Part shown: piece after piece, positions 44,764 through 55,911 of the stretch
How positions within the stretch are numbered: position 1 is the first letter of the stretch
How the letters are laid out: every line of letters begins with the position of its first letter
The notes under the pieces: model-generated
Seen by the model: only the letters and a program-made list of their open reading frames with translations
What the model was told of the DNA's origin: nothing
The model's database searches: none
Translations under genes and position numbers: made by a program
NCBI GenBank assembly: GCA_002269645.1
Contig: NIVC01000013.1
Span: 620,001 to 684,000, forward strand
DNA: 64,000 nt
From: Macrostomum lignano
Lineage: Eukaryota
Direction: 5' to 3'

Positions 44764-46383
44764 CTAACAGCATTTACTTACGTAACATAATTTCAACACT
44801 GAAGTAGGCGCACTTTCCTTTTGTACTTCGGGTGCATTGCTCTGTGAATCATGCACGGACAGAGCTGGTGGAGATGCAACTTCTAGAATAAATTGAGTGG
44901 ATGTGGCCCGATTTTGAACTGATGCCAACACCGATTGATTAGTACTCTGAGGAGCGGCCAACACTGACTGATTAGTATTTTCAGCAGCGGCCAGCACCAG
45001 CTGATGCTGCCTTTGCTCTTGCAGCTCTGAGCGGCTCCAACCTTTCGTGCCAGGCTTTCGGGTACGCGGTCGGCGCTGGGATTTCAACAGTCTTGATAAA
45101 TTGCTCATCCTTCGACCACGGGGAGCAGCGAGACCTAGCTTTGATCTAACAGCGCTGATGTGGTCGCAACCAGTCTTTGCAGAGCACGAGCACATTGGCT
45201 GGCCATTCGAGAACGATACCACATTGAAGTGCCCAGAAATGCTACGAACGGTAAAGTTACCTTCGTTAGAATTAAAAGAGATAAAGTCATTTTGAGCAAT
45301 CAGCTGGCTTTGAAGAGAGACAAGTCCTGCGAATTCCATTGGTGGCTCATTCACTAATGAGGTAGTACACTCAGGCGAGTGAGTCGTAGAGGTGCGCATG
45401 TTATCATGCAGTCTTCTAATTATCTCTTCGGTTGTGGGCACATGAAGCAATTCAACTTCGGTAGGGTCTAGTTGCATGTGTCGAAATTCCTGCTTCAATT
45501 GGTAGCTGCCAGTGCCTGTAAGACCACGCATGATTTCATTGTATGCTGCAGCCGATAGGCAGTACAGACTGATAGCGAAATTGTCGATCGAAGCCGCCTT
45601 TGAGCCTTCGAATCGCTTGAGAAGAGCGTTAACAGATTCAGACTGATTCTGGGTTATGCCCAAAATAGGCGAGTAGTGGAGGCCAAGAACCCATTCGCCA
45701 AAGAAATTTGAGATAAGCGGCTCGATACTCTTCTCACAATATGTAACAAAAAGAGGCTTCCAATTAGGCCTTTTTTCTCCCAACATCTTCAGAAACGTTT
45801 CCTCGTTTTCACATTTAAGAAGTAGGATCACATCACGAACGCAGGCTTTCTGGTCGTCGAGCGTACCACCATGCTCATGAACCCAGGTCCGAATGTCTTT
45901 CTTCAAGTGGTTGCAACATCCAAAGAATGCAATCAGTGGAAGATGACGCAACATGGATTGCCGCAAAGCAATCTCTCCATCCATAACGCAGGTGGTGGTT
46001 ATTTTGGATAAAGACGGCAAAGCTTTCTTCACTTCTGACCACATTATGTCATGCACTTCGGTGATCTTTCGCTCGTGCAGAAGAAACATCACTGGACATG
46101 TAGGATTTCCTTCGAAAATTGTCAATCGTACAACTACTGGCGAAACGAGCTTCAGTCAAACAAAAACCCGTATCATAGGACAGAAGGTGGTCTCGGTGCT
46201 CCATAGACGTATTGAGTCGACAACTTGAAGCAGACTTTGGAGGCCACTGACAATAGCAACGTCCGGAAATGTTTGGATTTTAGCAATGAAACCAGGAGTG
46301 TCATATGCGAAACAGTGAATAGCGAATAAAGAGTCACTTGAAAACTTAAGCAGTGATTGAACATTTTTACAAGAAAAGTGCAT
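44764..46383 (-). pseudogene. Mutator/MULE transposase with SWIM finger (5' part frameshifted)
   Basis: YDTGF; PVMFLLHERK; MDGEIAL...CCNHLKKD; TQNQSESVN; SWIM CSCSAKTGCDH. Confidence 0.9.
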
Positions 46384-46844
46384 TTTTAACGGTAAACAAA
46401 AGACCTCTTTTTAAGTAAACGAGGTTGTAAAATCTTTCTAAGCACTTGTGTTAATAAAATGTGCACCGAGTAATTGATCATGCACACTTATAGGTCCACG
46501 AAATAATCTGATTAAAATTGAAAATTCCGTTGCAAATAATGCACCGAAAATGCATTTTTAACCATTAGAATCTGAAAATGCATTATTTGCGCATTTTCAG
46601 CGCAAATAAATGGTAAGTCCAAATTTTAGAACCATATTAGGTATCCTGTCAGGGCCAGGAGCTCCTCCTGACCTGAGATTTCTACTTTCCCAAAGTACAT
46701 CCTTATCAATAATATTTAAGATTTCACCTCCAATGTCTTCCTTTTCCGGATCGTCTGGGTTAGCATGCTCTTTATGACAGGAAAGGGCCGCAATAATATA
46801 ATTGTGGGGTTTGAAGATCTCATGATCTTTGCATTCCGTGTGAA

Positions 46845-47860
46845 TTACTATGGTTTTCTCGGGGTGGCCTGGTAGGTCTTTGAATCCCACCGCCTCCACC
46901 AGTGAAGTACTTATGGTTTTCTCGGGGTGGCCTGGTAGGTCTTTGAATTCCACCGCTGCCACCAGTGAATTACTTGTGGTTGTCTCGGGGTTGTTTCGCA
47001 CAGCGATTTAGGCTCTCCGTCTTCTTACTCGGAAGCCTTCTTAACTCTTAGTAGCGTAGGTAGTGCTGCCACCAGTTCCTTCAGGTCTCGGCCTTCGATG
47101 AAGTGAGTTTCCCGTCGGAACGAAATAACGAAGTCAACGAACACAGCACCGGGTGCAGATTTGCAGCTCAACGTATCAGGCGTCTCGTCAGCAGCACCTG
47201 CCGGGCTTGGTTGGTACAGGGAGGGCTGAGTTAGCCTCTCGTAGGCTTGGGGTTTGCTTTAGTAGAGTCTCAGACAGACCAATGGCAGAGAGATAGTTGT
47301 ACGGGTGACACAGACTTGGAAACTGCAGTCTTCAAACGCTAGAAAACTCCTTGACGGAAACATGGGGGAAAGAGGTCCTATTTATAGCGCGGGATTCACC
47401 CCTGACCCATTGTACAAGATCTCGTGACTCGTTCTATTTTTAGAACTGACGTCACTTGGGGTCTTCAGGCAGAGTGCACGCGGCTGTGACTCAGTTGCTA
47501 TTTTTAGCAACATGAATCACTCCTCTCCTTAGAGAAGGGAGGGGGCCGTAAGCACGTGACTCACCCAGTAAACAAGACCTACTCCAAGAACGAGAGATCT
47601 GTCATGTGACTAGCTCACATGACAGGGAAACCGTGACTGACGAAACAAAGGCAGCCCTCAGCAGAGAAGCCGGGGGCTGAGAAACGCAGGGCTAAACAGG
47701 CAGAAGGAGGGAAGGGAGCAGCAACAGACAGCCAAAAGGAGGGAAGCGGGAAGCTGACCAGCGGCAGACAGCAACCCAAGGCGGGGGCGAGGGCAATGGC
47801 AACTGCTGACAAAGTGCGACGCCTAACACTAAAACTAGCGGATCTCTATACATGACTCTT
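46845..47860 (-). mobile_element. ~1-kb LTR-like insertion in ORF2 of LINE copy A
   Basis: Begins TGTATAG; contains TATA and a transcription-factor motif cluster; 60-bp duplication near its 3' end. No TSD found. Confidence 0.4.
47377..47624 (-). promoter_or_regulatory. TATA box with a dense cluster of MEF2, AP-1, CRE and E/M-box motifs
   Basis: TATAAATAGG (47377-47386); CTAAAAATAG twice (47434, 47498); TGACGTCA (47447); TGACTCA twice (47487, 47557); CACGTG (47553); TGTCATGTGA-5nt-TCACATGACA (47600-47624). Confidence 0.55.
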
Positions 47861-50800
47861 TTATAAATCATGGAGTCTTGCTTAGGGTGGGATTGCATTT
47901 GATCTTTCAGGAAATTGCTTAAGAGCTTAGCTTTTTCCGCTTCGGCATCTGCGTGGGTGTTTTATAGACAAGGAGCGGGTAGTTGACTATCTTAGACCCT
48001 TCCCCTGTCATTTTTTTTATATCTGTCCAAAAGTTTTTTGGTTCTTTCTTATAACTAGTTTTGGCTATCTTAGTGCAAAGATCTTCGAATTTTCTGTATC
48101 TGTGCATGCGAATGGCGTTTCTAATATCTTTTGCGGCTTGATTTGCCTGCACTCTGAAATCGTCTATTCTAGTTTTTTTAATAGCTTTCTAAGCATTCTT
48201 CTATGCTTAATTTTGTTAATTATGTCTGGGGAAGCTGCTCCCTGGGGTCTCTGTTGGGAACCACTTTGTCTATGGTATCGTGGATGCATTGGGTCAGCAG
48301 GTCCACCGCTTTATCAAGGTCTTCGGGGGTAGAGAACCTGCGGCTGATGATCTGTTTGCTGCTAAGTTTGTCTTGAAGGGCCCCTGAAGGTTTCCCAGTC
48401 AGTGTTCCAAAAGCTTTTAGGGGGGTTTCTGTCAAGCTTGCGGTAGGGTCTAAGTAAACTTTAATAATGATAGGGAGGTGATCGCTGTCAAGATTTCCCC
48501 CACTATAACATTACTGGCGTGTTTGTAAAGGTCAGGGGAGCAGATCCCAAGATCTCAAGTACGTTTCTAAGAACGGAGCCGCTGCGGTAGCTAACCCTGC
48601 TGCAGTCACCATAATTATTAAGGATAGTGGGTGGGTTGGGTTGAGAGTCTAGCCACTCAAAAAGCTGTTTGCCTGGGAAGTTGAGCTGGGTGTCAGTCCC
48701 TAGGGCTGGGTGATTACAGTTAAAGTCACCAATGACAATAGTAGAGGGTCTAGAGAATAAATGGTCAAGAAGCCCAGTATCAAGTCGGGTTGGGTCGGGG
48801 CTCTGTAGAACAGGACCACATTTAATTGTTTAAGCTTGTTATTTTTAAGATGGATTTCAAAACTAATGATTTCGTGATTGCTGTTGTCAAAATATTTTTC
48901 AACATTCATGATTTCCAAATGATTTTTGTAGACAACAGCTAGTCCTCTTCTACAGTTGGGGACATCAAACCGGAGCGTGGCATACTCAGGTAAGTATTTT
49001 TTTTCCTCTAGGCAAGTCTCAGAAAAAAGTCCAGTATCTAAGTCTTCTTTGTTAATCCAAGTTGAAATTTCATACTCGTAGAATTTGTTGCTTAACCCGT
49101 TGCAGTTAAGGTGCCCTATGTTTAGAGAGTCCCGCACAACAGACTGTCCCACTTGCCCATTATTTTGAAATAGATTATTAGGTGTTTTGAATTTTTAGAT
49201 CAAGTTTACGCTTAACATTTTTAAAAAAAAATCGGGTTCAGGTTTCACCTCCGCCCGCTTGCGCGGCTTCAGTGTCCCCTGTCCCTGAATCAGGCCCCCT
49301 TCGACCCCTGAGCGCCGCCAGGATTTCTGTCACTGCCTGGATAGCGAGTTGCCCCGCTTCCCATTCAGTGAGCATCTGCCCCGGATTAGCGCCCATGAGC
49401 CGAGTGAGTGCCTGAAGAACTAACTCGAGCACCCCCATCCGGGAAATTAGGCCCTTCTCACTTGATTTCCAACTGTCAGTGGCGACGTCAACTCCTTGTT
49501 TGGGCGCAGCCAGAGTGATGGAGTCAGATGCGACTGCAGGCAGCGTAGGCGGATTGGCGAAGCCGCCGGATTGGCCAGAGCAGGAAGACTCGCCGGCGCT
49601 TCGGCTGATGGGGCAGCAGCAGCGGCAGCGGCAGCGGCGGCGCGGTTCGAGTACACGATAGGACCCAGGATTGGCTTGGTGAGTCCAGGTCGCATTGCAT
49701 CCGCGTAGGAGAGAGGTCCTGGCACCCCAAAGGCCTCCCCCAGGGACTGACTACCAAATAGATTGTAATTTTGCTTTGCTTTCTCTTTCTGTGCCCTAAT
49801 TCGGTCATGTGTTTTTTCGTTGCGATTTCATTGGCTGTTTTAATTTTGGAACACCTGAATGAATAAGCTGGGTGCTCGTCCCCACAGTTAGCGCATTCAA
49901 ACTTGCGGTCCTTGGGGCAGTCAGCAGAGAAATGATCCCCTGCGCATTTGTTGCATCTGTTCGATGACGCGGTACATCTGTTTTCGTGATACCCTAGCCT
50001 TTGGCACTTCTTGCACTGAATTGCTTTGACTGGCGGAAGGTTAACAGACTCTTCACACCGATACCAGCTGAAGCCAAGATGGACGCCGTGGATGCATCGC
50101 TCCATCACACCCTTGCTCTTTGTGAAGAGGCGAACATGTGACGGCTCACCAGTTGCCTTGAAGACGATGCGCACGGCGCCATCAATCGGCAGTTGCTGTT
50201 TTGATTCAGACAGGTGTTTTTCTAATTCTTTTGCATCCACCGCAATGGGGACGTGTTTAACAATAAACGAGTACACTTGTGGTGATTTGAGTGGTGCACG
50301 CACCTGGTCATCCCCATGTTTTGTTGGCCGCTTGGCCGCCATGCGCCTTGTGACTTCAAATTCGTTAATTTTTGTTAGTTTTTAGTGGAGCTGTTAGTAG
50401 AGTGTTAAAGTCTTTAGGATGATCTGGAGTTATTATGTAGCCGGGGCTGTGGTAAAGATCCTTAACTGATCTGATTCTGACTTCAGGAAAGTTCGTCTTC
50501 AAGAACCATTCGAACTTGATTGGGTCTTTGCCCTCTTGCGCGATTTCGAAAATGACTGGTGCTGAGTTCTTAGGTTTAGAATTGTCGTTAGTTTTTTAGC
50601 TGATAATTGCTATTGGCAGAATTTAGTTGGCTAGATAGACTAGAGCTAGGTTGGCTAGTTCGGCTTGGTTGCTTAGGTTGATTTGGCTGATTAGTTTGGC
50701 TAGATTGACTAGGTTGGCTATTGTTATTGTTGCTTGGCTTGCAAGATAATTTAGAGTTAGTTTCAGTGTGCTGTTGCTGCTGTGCTGTTGCTTGTGGTGG

Positions 50801-52679
50801 CTTTTGAGTGTGCGAATGCTGTGACGTGGCAGATGACGGCAGCTGCTGCTGCATTTGCATGTCGGCTTGTGACTGCGAGCTGAGTTTGTTGGTGGCTGAT
50901 TGCTGTTCGTGAGCTTGTTAGTGTGGTTGCTGAGGTTTCTGAGCGTTTGCCTGCTGATTGTTAGATTTGCGCCCTGTGCGACTGCTCCAGCGTGACCTAA
51001 TTTGCTTAAGATTCTCTGCTTCAAGCTCTGCTCTGCGGCGAACCGACTCTTCGTCGTCGAGATCGCAGGTGATGCTGCTATCGATTAGTTGCACACAAGG
51101 ATTAGAATGAGCAGAGGCAGGAACTGGGTCTTTGGGAATTCTTGAAGCGTGTGTGAGTCTGAATGTGAAGTTGACTCTAAGGTCCTTGATTTTTCCGTCC
51201 TTGAGGACGGCTTTCTGAAGGTGCGTTTGAGTTGCACTGCTCATGACCAGCAGCGAGCCGCTAGCGAGTTTTTGAGACCAAGCTATATTCGAGGAGGGAG
51301 CTTTGGCTCTCATCACTGACAGTGTATTGGAGTCCTGGGCTGGAAGTTCGTCCCGAATTGGGGAAAACCGGCTGAGTCCGGTTTCCTCTTGCCCCTTGTG
51401 CCCCTCCCCCCCCCTTGGCTGGCCCTTCCGAGACTAGGGTAATCCCTCTCTCAGACTATATATTATCCAAACAGTGTTTAGAGCTGGGTGGTGAAAAAAC
51501 CTTGAGGTTTGCAGCCCTGCAGTAGGAATTTTGCGAAGTTTCGCCTTCTGGCAGGGACTCGGCCCTGGTAAATAAGCTGCCCAGACTCGCCCCAATCTAA
51601 AAGCCTTCTTCCGTAGACTTTGGGGTCTCCCCACTCTCGGACTGCTTCTTAAAAATTCCAATTCTTTTTTGCGCACACTCGGGTTTTGTCGTTGGGTGGT
51701 GGCTTAGGTGGACTTGGTCCTAGCACCGTCCCTGATTCCACTTTTGGGTTGGCGGTGTCTTGTACCGTAGATTTGGGCAAGTAGCACCAAAATTCCCCCC
51801 CTGGCCTATACGTCGGGGCCCAAGCATGTGGGTATCTCGGGCTTAGGCCCCTGGCAGTGCCCCTCAGCGGCAGAGCCCCCTTTCGGGCTGATCCGCGGGT
51901 AGCCCCCGGCTTCCCACCCTCGTTTAACAACAACAACAATGCAGAACCCGCGCGCAACCGGCCGGCCGGTTGTGGACCGCTGAGAGAAGCCTGGCGCCGC
52001 CGATGCCGCAGCCGTGTCGACGAGCCGTCGAGCCGCCGCCGCTGCCGAGCCGGGCTGCCGAGCTGCCTGGCCGAGCCGTCGAGCCGAGCCGAGCCAAGCC
52101 GAGAGAGCCGCCGAGAGCCGAGAGAGCCAGTCGAGTCGCCAGGAGCCGCCAGGAATGTGTAGCGACCCCAGTGGTTATAGGTCACAATTAACAAGTCGTC
52201 CCACACTGGATAACGTCTAGAATTAAATGCTAATCGATTACTAGTCACCAGAGAGGCTGTTGTTGGTCAGCCCCTGGGTGGGGCTCTGCCGCAATATATA
52301 TATTTATAAATTAATTTTTTTAAACGAGCATTGTTTTATATTTTGCGAAATAGTATTCACTTTGTATAAAAAGTTTTGAGGAAAGAGGTGTAAAAACTTT
52401 AAAACATTTAGAATGAATATAAAAGTAAAATTATTGTTAGAATATTTAACTCAAAAAGGAAAATATTAGGAATAAAAAAACAGGGGAAGGGGATCCTTTT
52501 GAGCTGGGTGAATTTAAAAACACAGAGAATAGTATTAGAAAGGTAAAAAAATTAATATCGATGTATAAATTGAGAATAAAAATTTCATTTATTAGTATTA
52601 TTTGTGTTGTATCGCATAAGTTGATATTGTAAATAAAAAAACATGTTGTTATTGTAGAATTAAAACAATTTTTAGTAAA

Positions 52680-55600
52680 AAGTTTTACTAGAAGTTTTTC
52701 AAAGACTTTCCCTAAGCAGGATGTTAGGCTAATAGGTCTATAGGAGCTAGGTGATTGCGGAGGTTTATTGGGTTTGGGGATCATTGTGACCACCGCTTGT
52801 TTCCATGACGTAGGGAAGATGCCTGTTTTGATGCAGGAGTTGAACAGGTTGGTGATCCGGTTGATCGCTACTCCTTCGAGGACAAATTTGATGATTTTGT
52901 TTGGGATCTTGTCTAATCCGGGGGCACTGTTGACCTTGAGATGTTCGAGTTCCCAGATTATATCGGAGACAGTAAATGGGATCTCAAGCAGGTAAGTGAT
53001 TTTGACAGTTTTACCCTGCGGTATGGGTTTGAACTCAGGTCTTTTGCACACTTTCTCGATCTCTTCTCTGAAGGAGAAGCTGGTGGATAAGATGGGTTGC
53101 ATTCTGTTATTTAGTGTGGTTGCGAGTAGGTTTGCTTTGTCAATGTCTGTGTGTGCAGTCTCTCTTTCCGTTGAGAGAGAGAGAGAGAAATAGTTCCTGT
53201 CCTATTCTTGCCCATAAGAACTTTAGTGTCCCTCCAGAAATCTTTGATTTTTTTATTGTTACTGTTCTCAACCATTCTTTAACACATTTTGGTAAGTTTC
53301 CCGGCCTCAAAGGCATCAATTTTTCTTCTGATTTCTTTGGCTGTTTGGTTGGCTTTCTTTCTGAGAGTCATCTCTCGTCTGGTTAAAGATCCTACGGAGC
53401 TTCCTACGTTCTTTTATGAGTGTTATAATCTCCTGAGGGAGAGGTCTTTAGAGATTTCTGGTTGGGACTACCTCTTCGATAGTTTTTGTATGACTTCTGT
53501 AATAGTTTTTACTTCCTGGTTTATTTTGGTGATTGAGTCTAGGGGAGAACTTGTGTCTATTCTCGTGAAGCATACTTCCTCTTAAATGAGCTTGGAAGAT
53601 GTCCCAGTCTACTTTGTTGATTTTTTTTTTGTTTTTTTTCGGTCCTGACCAGGCTGGGGGCTTGAAGTTGAGAGTGACGAAGATGGGAAGGTGGTCACTG
53701 CCGACATCCTCACCAATGTGGAACTTGCTTATCCAGGGGCAGAAATCGGTAGACGAAATCCCCAAGTCTAGAACGTTTCTGGAGATGACTCCTGCTTTGC
53801 TCGCGATTCTGGTGAAAACCCTGGGGCATTTAGGATTATGGGGTTGTTAACGTTGTTTGTTGCCTATTCATAGAGTTGGTTTCCTGCTCTATTGCATCTG
53901 CTCTCGCTGCCAAGAAACCCATGCCTAGCATTAAGGTCCCCCAGCAGGAGGCCGTGTCTGTTTGAAAGGAGCCTGGAGAGGAGGTTGGTATCAAGCTGGT
54001 CCGGAGAGGGATTCCTGTAGACCAGTGAGAGCGTAAAAGCTGGACAAGGATTATTTGAGCAGTCTTTCCAGTGATGTGGTTCGGAGCAGATCCGGCAGGC
54101 GATGCCCTCCTCGCACTCTCGTGCCGAGTGACCGAAAGCCTGGCATCGTTGACACTGTAGCGCTCTCACTGGAGTCAGTACGGCTGGTTTCACAGAGATA
54201 GTGACAAAAGTCTGTCGCAATGCAATCGGCCACGCACCGTGCTGCTAGGGATTCATCGTCTGTGAAGGCTCTGATCATCTGTGTAGCGTATCCCTTATTT
54301 TTGGACCTGATTCGGCGGACGCTCACGACGTTGAGTCCGAGGTCGTTTTTGAGCATTTCGAGGAATCCAGCCTCTTGGATGGTGGTTGGGACATCAGGGA
54401 TGACAAAGGTTGTCAGAGGTTTTCGGCCATGTTGATTTTGGTTGACATTGGTGAATTGGTCAGCGCCAATACGGTTGTTTAACGGCCTGGCTCTCGGAAG
54501 TCGCCTGGTGACAGGTTCACCACCCAGCAGCGGAGCTCTAAGTTCGCCATGTAGAAGACTTTTGTGGTCTCTGACTGTGACCGGAGTCACTACATATCCT
54601 GTGCCGTTGGCCAGGGGCTTGGTTCTGATGGCTCTGGCTGAGCCCTGGAAATTGGTTGCCAGCCATTCTAGAAATTTCAGCTGGTCCCCGGCAACTTCGG
54701 CGTCAACCTCAAAAGATGACAGGTGTGGCCTCAGAGTTAGACCTAGCTGGAGGAGGAGCTGGTGCTCTAGTGACGCCTGCGTAGGACCGGAGATTTCCGC
54801 TTTGAGTCGCTGCTGCTTCTGCTGCCGCGCCAGCGCCGTTCCGAGACGCCATCGCCGCTGAGCCATTTCCGCCGTCGGACGTCGCCGCCGCCGCAGCCGC
54901 CTCGTCGTTGTCGTCAATGGTCGTTGGACTGTTGTTTACCTCGTTGGTGACACGGAAAGTAAGTGAGATTTGCAATCTTGAGTTTTGCAATCAGGCACCG
55001 AGTGCAGGAAGTGTTGTTGCGTAGAGCCAGACATTATGTCGACAGAGCCTGGCGTTGTCCTGAATTTTGCAATCTGCTTATTAGTTTGCTTTTCCTTTAT
55101 CCAGAATGACCTGACCGCGCCCATGGAGACAGTGGCGACGAAGGGACGCAGGCCGAGCTCCGGTTCGTCATCAGAATGATAAGGAATTTTGTCTGAAGCC
55201 TTTGTATAAAAGTTTACTAGGCAGGAGTTGAATTCAGGTGCCTGTAGGTCAGCTTTGTCGATGAGGAACCTTTTGATTTGTTCCACCGCAGGGTGCCAGA
55301 TGTAGTTAGGTTGGAGCGGAACGCCTGGGTAGGAGTATTTAGGCACGTACCAGTACACTAGGCGACGTTCGAGCTGGCGGTTCTTGAAGGCTAGCGGCAG
55401 TACATCCTTGATGAGTTGCTGGTAACAGTCCTCGGCCACTGATTGCAGCATGTTGGGGAAGTATTCAATTCGCGCATCGTGCCTGTACCGAATCTTTTCA
55501 GCTTCCGTGACGTCCGGTGAGTCCGGGAACTGAAGGTTGGAAGTCGATCTGGACTCGTTCTGCATGACGAAGTCGTCTATCTCTGCGATTGCCTCGCTGA

Positions 55601-55760
55601 AGTTGTCGTTCATGCGGCTTCTTTTGCTCGTCGGTCGCGATTGCTTGGGCTCGAGTCTTGATTGTACATTTAATAAGAATATTAAATATAAAACTATAAA
55701 ACTAATTATTCTTGTTGCCCAAAGGGCACAGTTGCTTCTTTGGCTATTGGCCACGTGCTT
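52680..55760 (-). mobile_element. LINE copy B: AlkB-ORF1, internal deletion fusing zinc knuckles to mid-endonuclease, RT truncated
   Basis: ORFs 54936-55754, 54709-54990, 54051-54917, 53864-54220, 53448-53765 (GSDHLPI) and 52446-53102 (APGLDKIPN...YRPISLTS). Confidence 0.9.
54950..55613 (-). pseudogene. AlkB/ALKBH2-3-like Fe(II)/2OG dioxygenase domain at the N-terminus of LINE ORF1
   Basis: FNSCLVNFY, IPYHSDDEPELG (HxD), VATVSMGAVRSF, FLHSVP (distal His). (R)ISLTFR is restored by a 1-nt insertion. Confidence 0.92.
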
Positions 55761-55911
55761 TGACTAGGATGATTCAGCAGCGAACTCTTAAAAATTATTG
55801 AGAACACTGCAATTTATTGATATTTTTCTAAAATTTCTACTTGTTATCTTAAAACGAAGTGCCGAAACCGGCGCGGGTCAGTTCCGAAGAACTCTCAGCG
55901 CGTAGTCTCTT

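Larger units (their letters stand above)
46603..51340 (-). mobile_element. LINE copy A (Jockey/I-like): AlkB C-terminal remnant, ORF1 (RRM plus three CCHC knuckles), APE endonuclease, RT start; interrupted and truncated
   Basis: GSLLVM...RVNFTFR; QCKKCQRLGYH/CNKCAGDH/CANCGDEH; GHLNCNGL...FSET; SDHLP; APGPDRIPN near 46650. Confidence 0.88.

Noticed and set aside
51360-52250. GC-rich CGGCT micro-repeat region with overlapping ORFs
   Set aside because: The ORFs arise from high GC content; no domain could be identified. Probably a UTR or fragment of another element.
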